A DNA stretch of 64,000 bases. It comes from Tequatrovirus BCH953P2. The notes under the pieces are model-generated. The model did no database searches, was not told the origin of the DNA, and saw only the letters and a program-made list of their open reading frames with translations. Location: the sequence record OZ035785.1; one strand, given 5' to 3'. This document shows positions 45,924 through 56,563 of this stretch, piece after piece; the stretch's first letter is position 1, and the number at the start of each line of letters is the position of its first letter. Position numbers and translations under genes: made by a program.

Positions 45924-46193
45924 TTATTTAAAACGGATAGTCGAATCCTTGAAGAATAGACCAGAACATACGGTTCCTTCTACTTTCTGTCCGGTAGGTC
46001 CAATAGCGCGAAATCCAGTATGTTGGAAATCATTTTCAGAGCAACCGAACCAGTTATATCCAGTGATTTCAATATTAGTAAAACCGCTTGAAGACAAAAT
46101 TTTGGTTGCATTATCAGCATCAGTACATCCTGCTAAAGACACTGCTAATACTAATGCTGCGATAGAACGATTAATATATTTCATAATTTTCAC
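45924..46193 (-). CDS. putative lipoprotein
   Basis: Signal peptide with lipobox LAGC. Confidence 0.5.
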   Translation of the reverse strand: MKIMKYINRSIAALVLAVSLAGCTDADNATKILSSSGFTNIEITGYNWFGCSENDFQHTGFRAIGPTGQKVEGTVCSGLFFKDSTIRFK

Positions 46194-46561
46194 TCAAATT
46201 TAATGGCTTGAAGAAGACTAATAATTCTCAAGCGACTTCTTTCATCTTTAACTGTAAAAGAAAGAGGGTCACCAGATTTCATAGTAATAGTGCATTCAAA
46301 ATCAAAATCTTCGGAAACTTCTTTAAAGAAGTCAAATTCTTCATCATAAATTAGAACATTACTCTGACAACTATGAAGAATTTTTCCATCATTTCCAGAT
46401 GCTGTACTAATCATTGTAACATTATGACCTTTCATATCTTCAACGATAAATTCGCTTGTAGATATTACAGCATTAATAGAACCATTCCTATAAATAGCAG
46501 AAAATAGATATTTCTTTTCTTCACCTTCGCGAATGCGATATTTCTTACCGATTTTAAACAT
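46190..46561 (-). CDS. hypothetical protein
   Basis: 123-aa ORF. Confidence 0.45.
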   Translation of the reverse strand: MFKIGKKYRIREGEEKKYLFSAIYRNGSINAVISTSEFIVEDMKGHNVTMISTASGNDGKILHSCQSNVLIYDEEFDFFKEVSEDFDFECTITMKSGDPLSFTVKDERSRLRIISLLQAIKFE

Positions 46562-46563
46562 AA

Positions 46564-46740
46564 TTACCCTTTAAGTAAGTCGTAAAATCCGCCATTCACA
46601 TGCTTAGGGGCAGAGACTAACCGAATAGCAATCCGATGACAATCAGGACATACATCAGTATCTCTTTCAGAAATTTTCTTGATTTTTTCGTATTCTTTTG
46701 CGCAGTCTTTTGATTGACATTTATAATCATAAAGCGGCAT
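46564..46740 (-). CDS. small zinc-ribbon protein (CxxC...CPDC)
   Basis: 58-aa ATG ORF below the track threshold: MPLYDYKCQSKDCAKEYEKIKKISERDTDVCPDCHRIAIRLV. Confidence 0.45.
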   Translation of the reverse strand: MPLYDYKCQSKDCAKEYEKIKKISERDTDVCPDCHRIAIRLVSAPKHVNGGFYDLLKG

Positions 46741-46742
46741 AA

Positions 46743-47156
46743 TTATTCCTTAAAGTGAGCTTTCAACATCTGATACAAGGACCACGCCTGTTCATCATTT
46801 TCAATAGTAACTTTCATTACAGGGAATTTAGATTGATCAGTTATCGGTGCAGATTCTTCCTGCTCTTCAGCTGCCTGGTATGGATTTTCAACTTCATTAA
46901 AGAATTCAGCTTCATTCGATGAAAGCCAAATAAAATCTTCATCCAAAATATCTTTACCAGAAGATAGTACTAAATTTCCAGCAAATGACATAATTTTAAT
47001 AGGACGCCCAAGAGCATCCACATCTAAAATTTTAAAAGGATGCATACCTAAACGGCGTGCATAGATTCCGTTATCAGTATGGTCTTTAATAAAATTTTCT
47101 TGAGCTTGTTTATTTTTAAATTGATACCATTTATTAACTTCAAATCTAATAGCCAT
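46743..47156 (-). CDS. hypothetical protein (goF position)
   Basis: 137-aa ORF. Confidence 0.4.
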   Translation of the reverse strand: MAIRFEVNKWYQFKNKQAQENFIKDHTDNGIYARRLGMHPFKILDVDALGRPIKIMSFAGNLVLSSGKDILDEDFIWLSSNEAEFFNEVENPYQAAEEQEESAPITDQSKFPVMKVTIENDEQAWSLYQMLKAHFKE

Positions 47157-47374
47157 TAATAAATTTCCTTCCAGTAAGTTGTGCCATCTTCAGTGATTTC
47201 ACGGAATACACCATAAATTGGTTGTTTATCACCGACTTTCTCATATACATAAACCGAAGTCAAGTGAGTAAACTTGATAGTGTGTTCCTTTTGAACTACT
47301 ACCAAATCTGGATCGAATAATACATCTTCAAATTCATCATTAGTGCAATTCTGAACAATTTTACGTTTCATCAT
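47156..47374 (-). CDS. cef: Cef-like protein (modifier of suppressor tRNAs)
   Basis: 71 to 72 aa, position as in T4. Confidence 0.5.
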   Translation of the reverse strand: MMKRKIVQNCTNDEFEDVLFDPDLVVVQKEHTIKFTHLTSVYVYEKVGDKQPIYGVFREITEDGTTYWKEIY

Positions 47375-47545
47375 AATTTCCTCATTAATTGAACATTGGA
47401 GCGATGCGTTTCAGAAGAGTATCAGCGCACCTTTAACGAATTATCCATTTTATTCTTCAAGTTGTTTTCTGTATCAGTAGTTGATATTGATATAGTACCA
47501 TAATCAACTACTGATGTATATAGTTTTATGAAAAAATTTTAAACT

Positions 47546-48037
47546 TTATGCATAGCGAGCTTTGCTGTAGTGTTTAATCCAACTTTCAGGAATGACTTTG
47601 TATGTTCCTAAAAATACCGCGTTGTATAACTTAACGCCATCTTCTACCCATTGATCAGTAATGTATGCACACATAGCGCGAGTACGCTGAGGAAGTGGTT
47701 GTCCACCTTCGGTAAATTCAAACTCATAAGGAGCAATGAACTTGATAGCTTGACCAAGTTTCCACTTAAAGTCTACACCTACATGCGAAGTATCAATCGT
47801 TTCAATTCCTTTAGCAGGAACAGCTTTCAAAAACGCAGGCTCAAGAAATTTCCATCGAACATAACCAAACTGGGGCTTAGACATTCCATCTTTAGCAATG
47901 ATACGTACTTTTACTTCAGAATCTTCATCTTTAACACCGTGTTTAAGCTGAATGCTTACAACTTCGACCAATTTTCCTGCTACTTTAGAACGGGATTTAT
48001 CAGATACACGAGCAATTTCACCGATATTGATATTCAT
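47546..48037 (-). CDS. motB: MotB-like DNA-binding protein
   Basis: 163 aa in the motB position. Confidence 0.6.
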   Translation of the reverse strand: MNINIGEIARVSDKSRSKVAGKLVEVVSIQLKHGVKDEDSEVKVRIIAKDGMSKPQFGYVRWKFLEPAFLKAVPAKGIETIDTSHVGVDFKWKLGQAIKFIAPYEFEFTEGGQPLPQRTRAMCAYITDQWVEDGVKLYNAVFLGTYKVIPESWIKHYSKARYA

Positions 48038-48110
48038 AATTATCTCTCACTTGTTAAAAAGATTTTATACTCCACAGGACCATTATACTCTGGTCCCAAG
48101 AGTTTGTAAA

Positions 48111-48659
48111 CTAGCTTACACGAACATTAATCACTGCGCTACGAGGAACTACAGAGTATTCTCCAGCATGAACTACGTTCAGAAGTTCAACGCCATCTTC
48201 AATCCACTGGTCTGTTACCCAACCACAGATAGGATTATCAAAAGGACGACGGATAGACACAGCAGCACACAACAGGTCTGTAGGGTCTTGTTCTTCAACT
48301 TCTTGGAACAGGATGAACTCATCTTCATAAACCAGGTTTTTCTTTATTTTGTTATTATCTAACCGGCGACCGTGGATGACGTAAGATTTGTCAAACCACT
48401 CACTTTTGGCAAATTCTTCAACAATAAATTCGCCTTCGCCAAAAACATCAGTCAGAGTTTTATGACCAGAAATCAAGGCATTAGTTTTAATTTTAGGTTC
48501 AACCAGTTTGTAGGTTTTGCCGATTTCAATAGCGGTAGTCATAATAGGTTCCTTAATTTCCAGTGGTTTAACAGGGCATACATAAGTGCTTACAACATCA
48601 AAATCAATCAGTTTAGCTACCGGATTTGGTATGTATTCAGGATTATAATTAAATTTCAT
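48111..48659 (-). CDS. MotB paralog (shared C-terminal TDQW.EDGV domain)
   Basis: C-terminus CGWVTDQWIEDGVELLNVVHAGEYSVVP aligns with the MotB C-terminus. Confidence 0.5.
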   Translation of the reverse strand: MKFNYNPEYIPNPVAKLIDFDVVSTYVCPVKPLEIKEPIMTTAIEIGKTYKLVEPKIKTNALISGHKTLTDVFGEGEFIVEEFAKSEWFDKSYVIHGRRLDNNKIKKNLVYEDEFILFQEVEEQDPTDLLCAAVSIRRPFDNPICGWVTDQWIEDGVELLNVVHAGEYSVVPRSAVINVRVS

Positions 48660-48661
48660 AA

Positions 48662-49201
48662 TTATCTCATTTCAATAAAATCTACGAGTTCAGCATGCGA
48701 TTTGCGGAACATTACTTGGTGCCCACCAATGATAACTTCATCTTCAGGAACTTCGTATACAGCGAGATAAAATCCTTTAGAAGATAATTCTTCCCGCTCT
48801 TCTCGTGTGAACCATCTCATCATATCATATTCACTAGCGAAAGCAAAATGATAAAGACCTATAAACCATCCTGGAATATGATATTCTACTCCAACATAAT
48901 CTTTCTTGAACTTAGTATTAATTACTATATTAGCGTTTTTAACTAATAGTTTATCTTCGTGTGGTAAAGGAATTCTTTTATTATTATCGCTATGATGCAT
49001 AAAATTAGGTCTGTCATAACCTACGTGTAATAGCCACTCTTCGCTCCATGAATCTATTATACTCCTGTACGGCGTTATTTGAACACAAAGATTTCGACGT
49101 ATTGTTATAGCATCTTCATTATTAAGAATACTAAACGATGATTCAACACGATAAATTTTCATTTTATTATCCTCAGTAGCTATGGTGTTATAATACCACA
49201 A
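48662..49201 (-). CDS. hypothetical protein
   Basis: 179-aa ORF. Confidence 0.45.
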   Translation of the reverse strand: MWYYNTIATEDNKMKIYRVESSFSILNNEDAITIRRNLCVQITPYRSIIDSWSEEWLLHVGYDRPNFMHHSDNNKRIPLPHEDKLLVKNANIVINTKFKKDYVGVEYHIPGWFIGLYHFAFASEYDMMRWFTREEREELSSKGFYLAVYEVPEDEVIIGGHQVMFRKSHAELVDFIEMR

Positions 49202-49225
49202 CTAACCGAGGAAGTAAACAACTTT

Positions 49226-49909
49226 TTATCGTTTTGTTGGAAGAGACAGAGGATCGCAATCTTCCTCTGACGGAGCATCTTCAAGACCCATAGCGTATCG
49301 CAAAGCATACTTCATCATCAGGATGTCTTTCGCACAGTCATGAATAGAATCATGCGCAACGAATCCATCTAAAGTTCCTTTTGGAAGAGGACACGTGGTC
49401 ATATCACGAACAAGCAGAAGTGCTTCAATTCTGGTACGAATATCACGCTGATTCCAAAATTTACAAGGTTCTAACTTAAATGTATCAAGCTCATTCTCAG
49501 AAACACCATTAAGACGTTGAATATCACGAATGAGATCGACTAAAATTGGAAAATCAAACGACATTCCACGGCACCAGCCTTGAGATTTCCAAGGATCGAT
49601 ATTATGTGCATTGATGTAATCATTAAATTTTGCAATACCATCGATGGTGCTTACATCTTCATCTGATGGTGCAATATTTTTTCGAGCTTCAGGAGACTGA
49701 TTTTTCCACCATTCGATAGTGCTTTTAGTAAAAAGACGATGTCCTTTTTGGCTTTTTAAATCAAATTTGATTTTAATGCCGCGTGAAACTAATTCATCAA
49801 ATGTTTCAACTACTTCTGGGTTAGGGTCAAAAGCAATTACAGCTAAATCAATAACAGCTGCTTTTTCACCACTTCCCATTGTTTCAAAATCTATAATAAA
49901 ATCAAACAT
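49226..49909 (-). CDS. dexA: exonuclease A (DnaQ-like 3'-5' exonuclease)
   Basis: 227 aa; N-terminal DFET-type exonuclease motif (FIIDFETMG). Confidence 0.8.
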   Translation of the reverse strand: MFDFIIDFETMGSGEKAAVIDLAVIAFDPNPEVVETFDELVSRGIKIKFDLKSQKGHRLFTKSTIEWWKNQSPEARKNIAPSDEDVSTIDGIAKFNDYINAHNIDPWKSQGWCRGMSFDFPILVDLIRDIQRLNGVSENELDTFKLEPCKFWNQRDIRTRIEALLLVRDMTTCPLPKGTLDGFVAHDSIHDCAKDILMMKYALRYAMGLEDAPSEEDCDPLSLPTKR

Positions 49910-50184
49910 TAAATTTTCCTTGCTAAATCGCGAATTTGACCTACAGTATAGTCTTGAATATAAACTTTATTAATAGGTTCATCAATAAATTTTGCCATAG
50001 ATTCAATATCTTTTTGCATCTCTTCAAGACTGTATATTATCTTTAAAGCTTTTTCGCGAATAGTAATATTTTCAGGACCAGAATTTTTCTCAATGACAGC
50101 TTTAACATTTGTCATAAGAGATTTAAACTGACACCAACTTAATTCAATCATTAATAACCGCCTTATAAAGATGGCTAATTTCAC
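49909..50184 (-). CDS. hypothetical protein
   Basis: 91-aa ORF. Confidence 0.4.
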   Translation of the reverse strand: MKLAIFIRRLLMIELSWCQFKSLMTNVKAVIEKNSGPENITIREKALKIIYSLEEMQKDIESMAKFIDEPINKVYIQDYTVGQIRDLARKI

Positions 50185-50404
50185 CTAAAATGTAATCACT
50201 GATTGTAACAGTTTTTACTTCACCACAAAAGAATTCTAACGCAATCAAATCTCGTTCAATTTCTTCCAATTGAAGCATTAACTTGCCTGATTCAATTTTC
50301 ACGTTTTTGCGATTTTTACTATAAGCTATTTCATAAATTTCGCTAACTTTATCCTGAAGAAGATAAAACTGATCTTTAGTTATTTCCACGAATAGCTTCC
50401 TCAA
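50144..50404 (-). CDS. hypothetical protein
   Basis: 86-aa ORF. Confidence 0.4.
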   Translation of the reverse strand: MRKLFVEITKDQFYLLQDKVSEIYEIAYSKNRKNVKIESGKLMLQLEEIERDLIALEFFCGEVKTVTISDYILGEISHLYKAVIND

Positions 50405-50636
50405 ATTTAATTAGTAATTTACAGACACTTTCATCTAGTGTAATTACCGTATCTGTATTACTGTGATATGATTGTTTTTCAATTCGTTTAATTGCTAATA
50501 TAGTATCACTTATAAGATAAAGCTTATGAAGGAGCTCAGCTCCTGTTACCATAACATTAAGATTATCTTGCTTATTAGTATGCTTCCTTATACCATCTAT
50601 TAGACGATTTAAATATTTTGAATTGATGTTAATCAT
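50376..50636 (-). CDS. hypothetical protein
   Basis: 86-aa ORF. Confidence 0.4.
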   Translation of the reverse strand: MININSKYLNRLIDGIRKHTNKQDNLNVMVTGAELLHKLYLISDTILAIKRIEKQSYHSNTDTVITLDESVCKLLIKFEEAIRGNN

Positions 50637-50642
50637 ATAGCC

Positions 50643-51962
50643 TCACACATAAAACACATCATAACGACCACGGGTAACACCAACATAAAGAAGTTGTTGG
50701 GCCAATTCAGCATCTGCATAATGAATACAAGGCGTATAAATGAAAGCACGGTCTACAGACATACCCTGAGCTTTATGGAATGTTGATGCAGGAAGTGCTT
50801 TCACTTTACTAAACTGTGATTTAGCATCCCAAAAATCACTCCATGGAGCTTTTCCGCCTTTGTTCCAATTTTTATAAGTTTCTGCTGTTTTACCTAAAAA
50901 TAGATTAAACTTATATAACTCTTCATCAGATGAAATTATTTTAATCTTTTCACGATAATATTCATCATCGCCGTAAGTTTCTACTGTTAAATCCCAATGA
51001 CGAATTAGATATTCCCCAGGAACACCACGAGCTTTAACAAACGTTGATGTATACTCAGCTTCTATAATACGAACTAATTGTCCGTTATTAAAAATAATTT
51101 CTGATACAGGCTTTCCATCAATTTTATATGTTTTAATTAACGGTTCCTGCATTACAATAATTTCACCGACAATAAAATCTTTATCAGTTTCAAAAATCTT
51201 TTTACGAATAATGCTATTTAACTTGTCAACAGATTTATTCGTAAATGCCATTACGCGATTTTCAAACAAATCATCTAAAGATTTGACGATTGAAAAATAA
51301 TTTACCATAAAATCGCGTAAAGCGGTATCACCAGTAAATCCACGTACTCCATGCCCGTCAACAATTTTATCATAAATCCACTTACCGTTACGAACGTCAG
51401 TAGCTACATCAATAATAGGAGCATTACTGCGTTTAACTTCAGTAAGTTCACACTGATAAAAATCTTTGTGTGTAAAGAATGGACTGATATAAGCAGTATT
51501 TTCTCCTGGGTCAACAGGTCTAATTTGCTTATTATCGCCTATTCCAATTATAGTACACCATGGCGGGATAGTTGAAAGCAGAATTTTAAATAGCTTTCTA
51601 TCATACATTGACACTTCGTCGCAGATTAATACCCTGCATTTAGCTAAATCTGGTACTTCCTTCTGTTCAAAAAGAACGTTTTCTTCATACGTAACTGGGT
51701 TAATTTTAAGAATACTGTGAATAGTACTCGCTTCTTTCCCTGACAGTTTTGAAAGAATCTTTTTAGCTGCATGAGTAGGAGCTGCTAAAATAATACCAGT
51801 TTCACCCGTAGATATTAAAGCTTCAATGATGAACTTAGTAAGAGTAGTCTTACCAGTACCAGCAGGTCCATTAATAGTTACATGATGTTTCTTTTCTTTA
51901 ATAGCCCTCATAACGATGTTAAAGGCATTTTTCTGGCCTTCTGTCAAATCATCAAATGTCAT
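50643..51962 (-). CDS. dda: Dda DNA helicase (SF1)
   Basis: 439 aa; Walker A GPAGTGKT. Confidence 0.9.
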   Translation of the reverse strand: MTFDDLTEGQKNAFNIVMRAIKEKKHHVTINGPAGTGKTTLTKFIIEALISTGETGIILAAPTHAAKKILSKLSGKEASTIHSILKINPVTYEENVLFEQKEVPDLAKCRVLICDEVSMYDRKLFKILLSTIPPWCTIIGIGDNKQIRPVDPGENTAYISPFFTHKDFYQCELTEVKRSNAPIIDVATDVRNGKWIYDKIVDGHGVRGFTGDTALRDFMVNYFSIVKSLDDLFENRVMAFTNKSVDKLNSIIRKKIFETDKDFIVGEIIVMQEPLIKTYKIDGKPVSEIIFNNGQLVRIIEAEYTSTFVKARGVPGEYLIRHWDLTVETYGDDEYYREKIKIISSDEELYKFNLFLGKTAETYKNWNKGGKAPWSDFWDAKSQFSKVKALPASTFHKAQGMSVDRAFIYTPCIHYADAELAQQLLYVGVTRGRYDVFYV

Positions 51963-52270
51963 CGGAAAGTCCCTGCAATTGGAATACTAACAATACGCCC
52001 AGTATCTAGAATTCGTTGATATAATCTTTGTGTATCTACATCAGGCTTAACATGTTTAACTTCTATTTTATTAAACCAAAACTTGCGTGGAGTCTCAACT
52101 AGTCTTGGAATTCCCATACCTAAAGCTAGTTTATATTGATCTTTGAGAGTAGTAAATACTTTATCAGCAATCTCCCTTTCAAAAAATACAGCAGGACGAT
52201 GTTCATCAAGCGGAACTGGCGCAGTAAATCCGTCTTTGTCTCGGTAAACTATCGCATATACATAAACCAT
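51959..52270 (-). CDS. hypothetical protein
   Basis: 103-aa ORF. Confidence 0.4.
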   Translation of the reverse strand: MVYVYAIVYRDKDGFTAPVPLDEHRPAVFFEREIADKVFTTLKDQYKLALGMGIPRLVETPRKFWFNKIEVKHVKPDVDTQRLYQRILDTGRIVSIPIAGTFR

Positions 52271-52271
52271 A

Positions 52272-53018
52272 TTATCCTCGGATAAGTTTAAAAATTGAAC
52301 AATTTAGCGGGTATCCTCTTTTCAGTTTAAGTTTATCAATAAAAGACAAGTTTTGATACCGCTCTACACCTTGAATAATTTTATCACACATATCATATTG
52401 CATTTCTGCTTCTGACAACTTTTTCACAATTTTCCAATCCGAGCCTTTAAGAAGAACGTTCAGTTTAACAACTTCAGCACCTTCTGCTATACGAGAACCA
52501 TCAATACGAGCTTTAAGTGCTATAATTCTTAGCTTAATGTCAGAGGTCTGTTTTGATTTAGAAAGCTGAGAAATGTGTTCAATTCGGTTTTCACGTTTTT
52601 TCTGTATAGCTTTAATTTGATTATAAGTCTTTTTGATTTTAGCCCATTTCTTTTCATCTAAATTTAGTTTATGAACTTTTTTCGCAGATGAACGACCAAT
52701 TCGCAAAGCAAATAAATCACGCTTTTCAATCAACTCCTCTAAAGTATAATCAGAACGAAATGTATTATACTTTTTCTTTACTGCAATAACATTCCCTTTA
52801 ATGTATCCAACGTTATTATCAAAACGTTCTAATGATAATTTCTCTCCTTCAATACGATTATCAAAAGGTTCTCCCGAGTAAGCACAAACTTTTTGATCTA
52901 AAATGTTCTTAATGTAATTGAAGTCTAAGTTAAAATCTTTAGAACGTCTTTTTGCAGATGCCTGAGTATGCTCTAAACGACGTTTAATTTTACGAATTTG
53001 ATTATTAGACAGTTTCAT
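52272..53018 (-). CDS. srd: Srd-like protein
   Basis: 248-aa basic protein between dda.1 and modA. Confidence 0.55.
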   Translation of the reverse strand: MKLSNNQIRKIKRRLEHTQASAKRRSKDFNLDFNYIKNILDQKVCAYSGEPFDNRIEGEKLSLERFDNNVGYIKGNVIAVKKKYNTFRSDYTLEELIEKRDLFALRIGRSSAKKVHKLNLDEKKWAKIKKTYNQIKAIQKKRENRIEHISQLSKSKQTSDIKLRIIALKARIDGSRIAEGAEVVKLNVLLKGSDWKIVKKLSEAEMQYDMCDKIIQGVERYQNLSFIDKLKLKRGYPLNCSIFKLIRG

Positions 53019-53140
53019 ATTTTTCTCACATCTTACGGACGGTTAACTACTTATACTATAACATTTTTACTTCAGGTTGTAAACAACTTTATGAAAAATG
53101 CTTTAAAAATTTCATGGTATAATGAATCTAAGTCCTTCCA

Positions 53141-53743
53141 TTATAGATTAAATCCTTCAAAATCAAGAGTATAGATAGTGTATGTTGAATACTTTTTATA
53201 CTCATATCTATCTGCAATTCTAAATACGCTTCCAGCTGGTATCATTACTTCTTGTTCATCTGAAACTAATTCCATATTACGATAACGATGGCTATCCGGA
53301 AACTTAAAGTTTGGATTGTATTCTTTACAGCGTAGAGCTTTTATAGCATACTCCTGGAAATTGAATACCATAGGAGCTTTGAATTCAAAAATAACTTGTG
53401 TGTTATACTCTAAACCAGAAGCAAAATGTAGAGCTATATTTTTATCATATGAAGCTGATACGACTTTATCAAATGTAATAATATCAATTCCTTGATTTAA
53501 CACCCGCTTAGTCTCAGCTGGAACACCTCTCCAAAGAGGTTTATCGTTTGAAACCAAACGAGATTTGATTATTTCATTTAACCAAGTATGGTCATCTGGC
53601 TTATTAGTAATACAATGAATTAAAAGTTCAATTTCAGATAAATTAAACCCTTCAGAAAGTAATTCTTCACGAATAGAAGCACGCACCGATGCATCCATTG
53701 ATTTTATTTTAAAATCTTTTAGTTGCATTACTGAGTATTTCAT
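53141..53743 (-). CDS. modA: ADP-ribosyltransferase ModA
   Basis: 200 aa, paired with modB. Confidence 0.75.
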   Translation of the reverse strand: MKYSVMQLKDFKIKSMDASVRASIREELLSEGFNLSEIELLIHCITNKPDDHTWLNEIIKSRLVSNDKPLWRGVPAETKRVLNQGIDIITFDKVVSASYDKNIALHFASGLEYNTQVIFEFKAPMVFNFQEYAIKALRCKEYNPNFKFPDSHRYRNMELVSDEQEVMIPAGSVFRIADRYEYKKYSTYTIYTLDFEGFNL

Positions 53744-54363
53744 TCAACTACCTCAATATCATACACTTTAAATGTTCCAAATGAATCGTGTAATTTTTCT
53801 TTTGAAATAGAAGTTATTCTATACTTTCCAATTGGAATCATCCATTCTTGTTCACGCACAATCATCATTAAGTTATCAGTACGCTCTGAATCTAGCCCAT
53901 CAGTATCTTCATACGTATACTTAAACTCAGTATTAGGAGAAGAAAGTATAATATCGCTGATATGGTCAGAATAATTAAAAGCTTTATCAGTTTTTAAGCG
54001 AAATATTATTTCAGTGAAATACTCAACATAAGAAAAACCACATGCTGTGTGCAAACTAGTAGTAAATGAATCTACCCTGTTCGTTGAAAACACTTCTCCA
54101 ACTTGTAAATCTTTAATGAGTTCTTTTGTCGATTTTGATATACCACGATATAACTGATAAGGAGATTTAGTTAAATGCTTTTTAATGATTTTATTCAACT
54201 GCCTATGAAGAGCTTCATTCTTTTTGGCTTCCATACATTGCCAAAGAACTGACTGCTCAAAGTCAGTAAATTTTTCACAGACCTTTTTATACATATCATA
54301 TTGAAAATCGACGCTTTCAGCTTTTATAGATAACTGTTCAACATCTGCAAGATTAATAATCAT
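53740..54363 (-). CDS. modB: ADP-ribosyltransferase ModB
   Basis: 207 aa; paralogous to ModA (shared YRG..S and E.E.M.P motifs). Confidence 0.75.
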   Translation of the reverse strand: MIINLADVEQLSIKAESVDFQYDMYKKVCEKFTDFEQSVLWQCMEAKKNEALHRQLNKIIKKHLTKSPYQLYRGISKSTKELIKDLQVGEVFSTNRVDSFTTSLHTACGFSYVEYFTEIIFRLKTDKAFNYSDHISDIILSSPNTEFKYTYEDTDGLDSERTDNLMMIVREQEWMIPIGKYRITSISKEKLHDSFGTFKVYDIEVVE

Positions 54364-54430
54364 GATAGCCTCCGTATACTTCAGAAGCTATCATATCATC
54401 GTTAGAAAGGAAAGTAAACAACTTTTTGAA

Positions 54431-54613
54431 TTATTTTGCCCAGGGAGCCCAGGGCGGAGGGTCAAGATGGTATGAAGCTAGTTCTTCTAGAAGAGCATCT
54501 GGGGCTTCAATTCCATAATTCTGTAATACTATACGGTACTCTTTCTTATAATCACTAGAATCATTCTGGTTATTCGTAGAATGATTGTCTTCTAACATCT
54601 CAAATAAATCCAT
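54431..54613 (-). CDS. hypothetical protein
   Basis: 60-aa ORF. Confidence 0.35.
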   Translation of the reverse strand: MDLFEMLEDNHSTNNQNDSSDYKKEYRIVLQNYGIEAPDALLEELASYHLDPPPWAPWAK

Positions 54614-54621
54614 ATTAATTC

Positions 54622-55092
54622 CTAGCGATAAAAACCAAAATGACGATTAGCTTCAATAATCTTTCTTTCTTCTTCGGACATTCTCCATCGTAGTCCAACA
54701 TCAAAATGAGCCCAGACCATCTTAACAAATGCGTGTATGTCTTTAATATCTTCAATAATGAATGTTTTACTTTTCGAAGATTGACTCGCTAATTTAACTT
54801 TATCATCTTCAAACAGGTCAAAAAGACCATATTCATGAGCTCTTTTATAGCCTTTAATAGTTAAAGCTTCAGAAGAAGAAAACGGTGAATCAGTATTCTG
54901 CAAAATATCTTCAGTATGCTTTATAATTAGAATAACATTTTCTGGATATTTTCTTTCTTTTATATCTTTAATTAAAATATCCGGATTTTCTGCTAAAGGA
55001 ATAATTAATGAGCAATTTTTATCAAGCGTATTTACTGATTTACCTTCTTTAGACATAAATTCTATTGAATAATGTTTTGCTACTTCAATCAT
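54622..55092 (-). CDS. hypothetical protein
   Basis: 156-aa ORF. Confidence 0.45.
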
Positions 55093-55245
55093 GTGATTTC
55101 CTTTTGCCTACTAATGGACCGTCAGGAATTTTGTTTTCCTGGATATATTTCTCATTTTCTTCCATCATTTTACTGCCAATTTTAAGAAGCAAATCCATTG
55201 CTTCATTTGCTTTTGCTTTAGCCTCTTCCAATGTCATATCTTTGT

Positions 55246-55449
55246 TCATGATTTATCACCATAGATGTCTCTCATCAATTTAAGCGCTGAGCGTTCTAAT
55301 TTCTTTTCTTTCTCAGCACTAATCATTGATTTCATCCATTCTTCTGATTCGTTCTGCATTTCTTTATTTGCCTGTTCAACCCAACCATCATCAATATACA
55401 TTGAGTTTGGTCTATTGAACCATTCAAGAATCTTCTTCAGAACTTTCAT
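55246..55449 (-). CDS. hypothetical protein
   Basis: 67-aa ORF. Confidence 0.4.
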
Positions 55450-55921
55450 TTGTTTTACCTAAAACAATAGTAGGAGCATCGTCAAATTCATGAATTTTTA
55501 GCAAATTTGGATTTAAATTATTCCATAAAGAGGTAATAAAATATGATAAAGCATCTTCGTCCACAATTATAAACTTATTTCCTTTATCTATTTCCCAACT
55601 ATATGCTGAATCATATGAATAAAAAGATAAAGGTTTATCATTATATTTTTCTGTGTTAACATTAATGTATTCTGATTTAGTAAATGCTTCAATTGCTCTA
55701 AATGGAATATTTTGTACAGTTTCAATAATACCAATCTTTTTAAGTTTTATTTCAGCATCTTCTGGAACTGGCATTGAAACGAAATTTTTTACGAGATACA
55801 TTGGGTCACAATAACCCTTATCAATCATTACAGCTACAGTAATTGGAACATCTTTAGCAAACGACATGCTATTACTGCTAATATACATTTCAAACAAAAT
55901 CGCTTCCATAATTTTCCTCAA
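55424..55921 (-). CDS. hypothetical protein
   Basis: 165-aa ORF. Confidence 0.45.
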   Translation of the reverse strand: MRKIMEAILFEMYISSNSMSFAKDVPITVAVMIDKGYCDPMYLVKNFVSMPVPEDAEIKLKKIGIIETVQNIPFRAIEAFTKSEYINVNTEKYNDKPLSFYSYDSAYSWEIDKGNKFIIVDEDALSYFITSLWNNLNPNLLKIHEFDDAPTIVLGKTNESSEEDS

Positions 55922-56259
55922 TCACAAGATGTGGATGAACAACTAGAATCACAAGAACTTCCACATGAATCGCCCGTCCATACATGAACAGGAACATTAG
56001 TATCATATGAATCAGAACTAGACTGTGCATTCTGTGCATTAGATGATGTAGTAGGTACTGACCAACGCCAAGGATTTTTATAATATTCTTGGGCTTCTTC
56101 ATAAGTCATAGTGACTGCTTCTACTGTTCCATCTCCCATATAAACATACTCAACTACAGTTAAAGGAAGGTCGTCATTTGAAATAGGAACTACACCTTCC
56201 CCAGGAACTGTAGAGAAAAAATCCGTAAAGAAATTTTTAAACCAATTAAAGATAAACAT
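55918..56259 (-). CDS. hypothetical protein with Cys/Ser-rich C-terminal tail
   Basis: 113 aa ending [18 protein letters not shown]. Confidence 0.45.
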   Translation of the reverse strand: MFIFNWFKNFFTDFFSTVPGEGVVPISNDDLPLTVVEYVYMGDGTVEAVTMTYEEAQEYYKNPWRWSVPTTSSNAQNAQSSSDSYDTNVPVHVWTGDSCGSSCDSSCSSTSCD

Positions 56260-56465
56260 TACAAAAAGCCTCTTTTGAATTCAACTTGCTTCTCGCCATA
56301 ATCGTATCGAATCTCTGCATTAAATTCAACAGAACCATCTGCGTACATCATAAATGAATGCACAACAACTTCTGTAGACCATGGTTGCAATTCATATTTC
56401 TTCATTACGTGTCGTGAAATGATAATATCTAAATCTTCATTCGGTTTAATCCAACGATTTAACAT
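56259..56465 (-). CDS. hypothetical protein
   Basis: 68-aa ORF. Confidence 0.4.
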   Translation of the reverse strand: MLNRWIKPNEDLDIIISRHVMKKYELQPWSTEVVVHSFMMYADGSVEFNAEIRYDYGEKQVEFKRGFL

Positions 56466-56537
56466 AGCGCTCTCCTCTATAAGATAATTCTATTATACCA
56501 TACTCATTTTGATATGTAAACCATTTAAATGAAAAAA

Positions 56538-56555
56538 GGACTCCCGAAGGAGTCC
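56538..56555 (-). terminator. intrinsic terminator after soc (same palindrome as 3931-3948)
   Basis: ggactcccgaaggagtcc with an adjacent A-run on the plus strand. Confidence 0.6.
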
Positions 56556-56563
56556 TTGAATTA

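Noticed and set aside
55890-56102. 70-aa ORF overlapping the Cys-rich protein gene
   Set aside because: Same strand, different frame, nested within the longer ORF; His/Leu-rich artefact.
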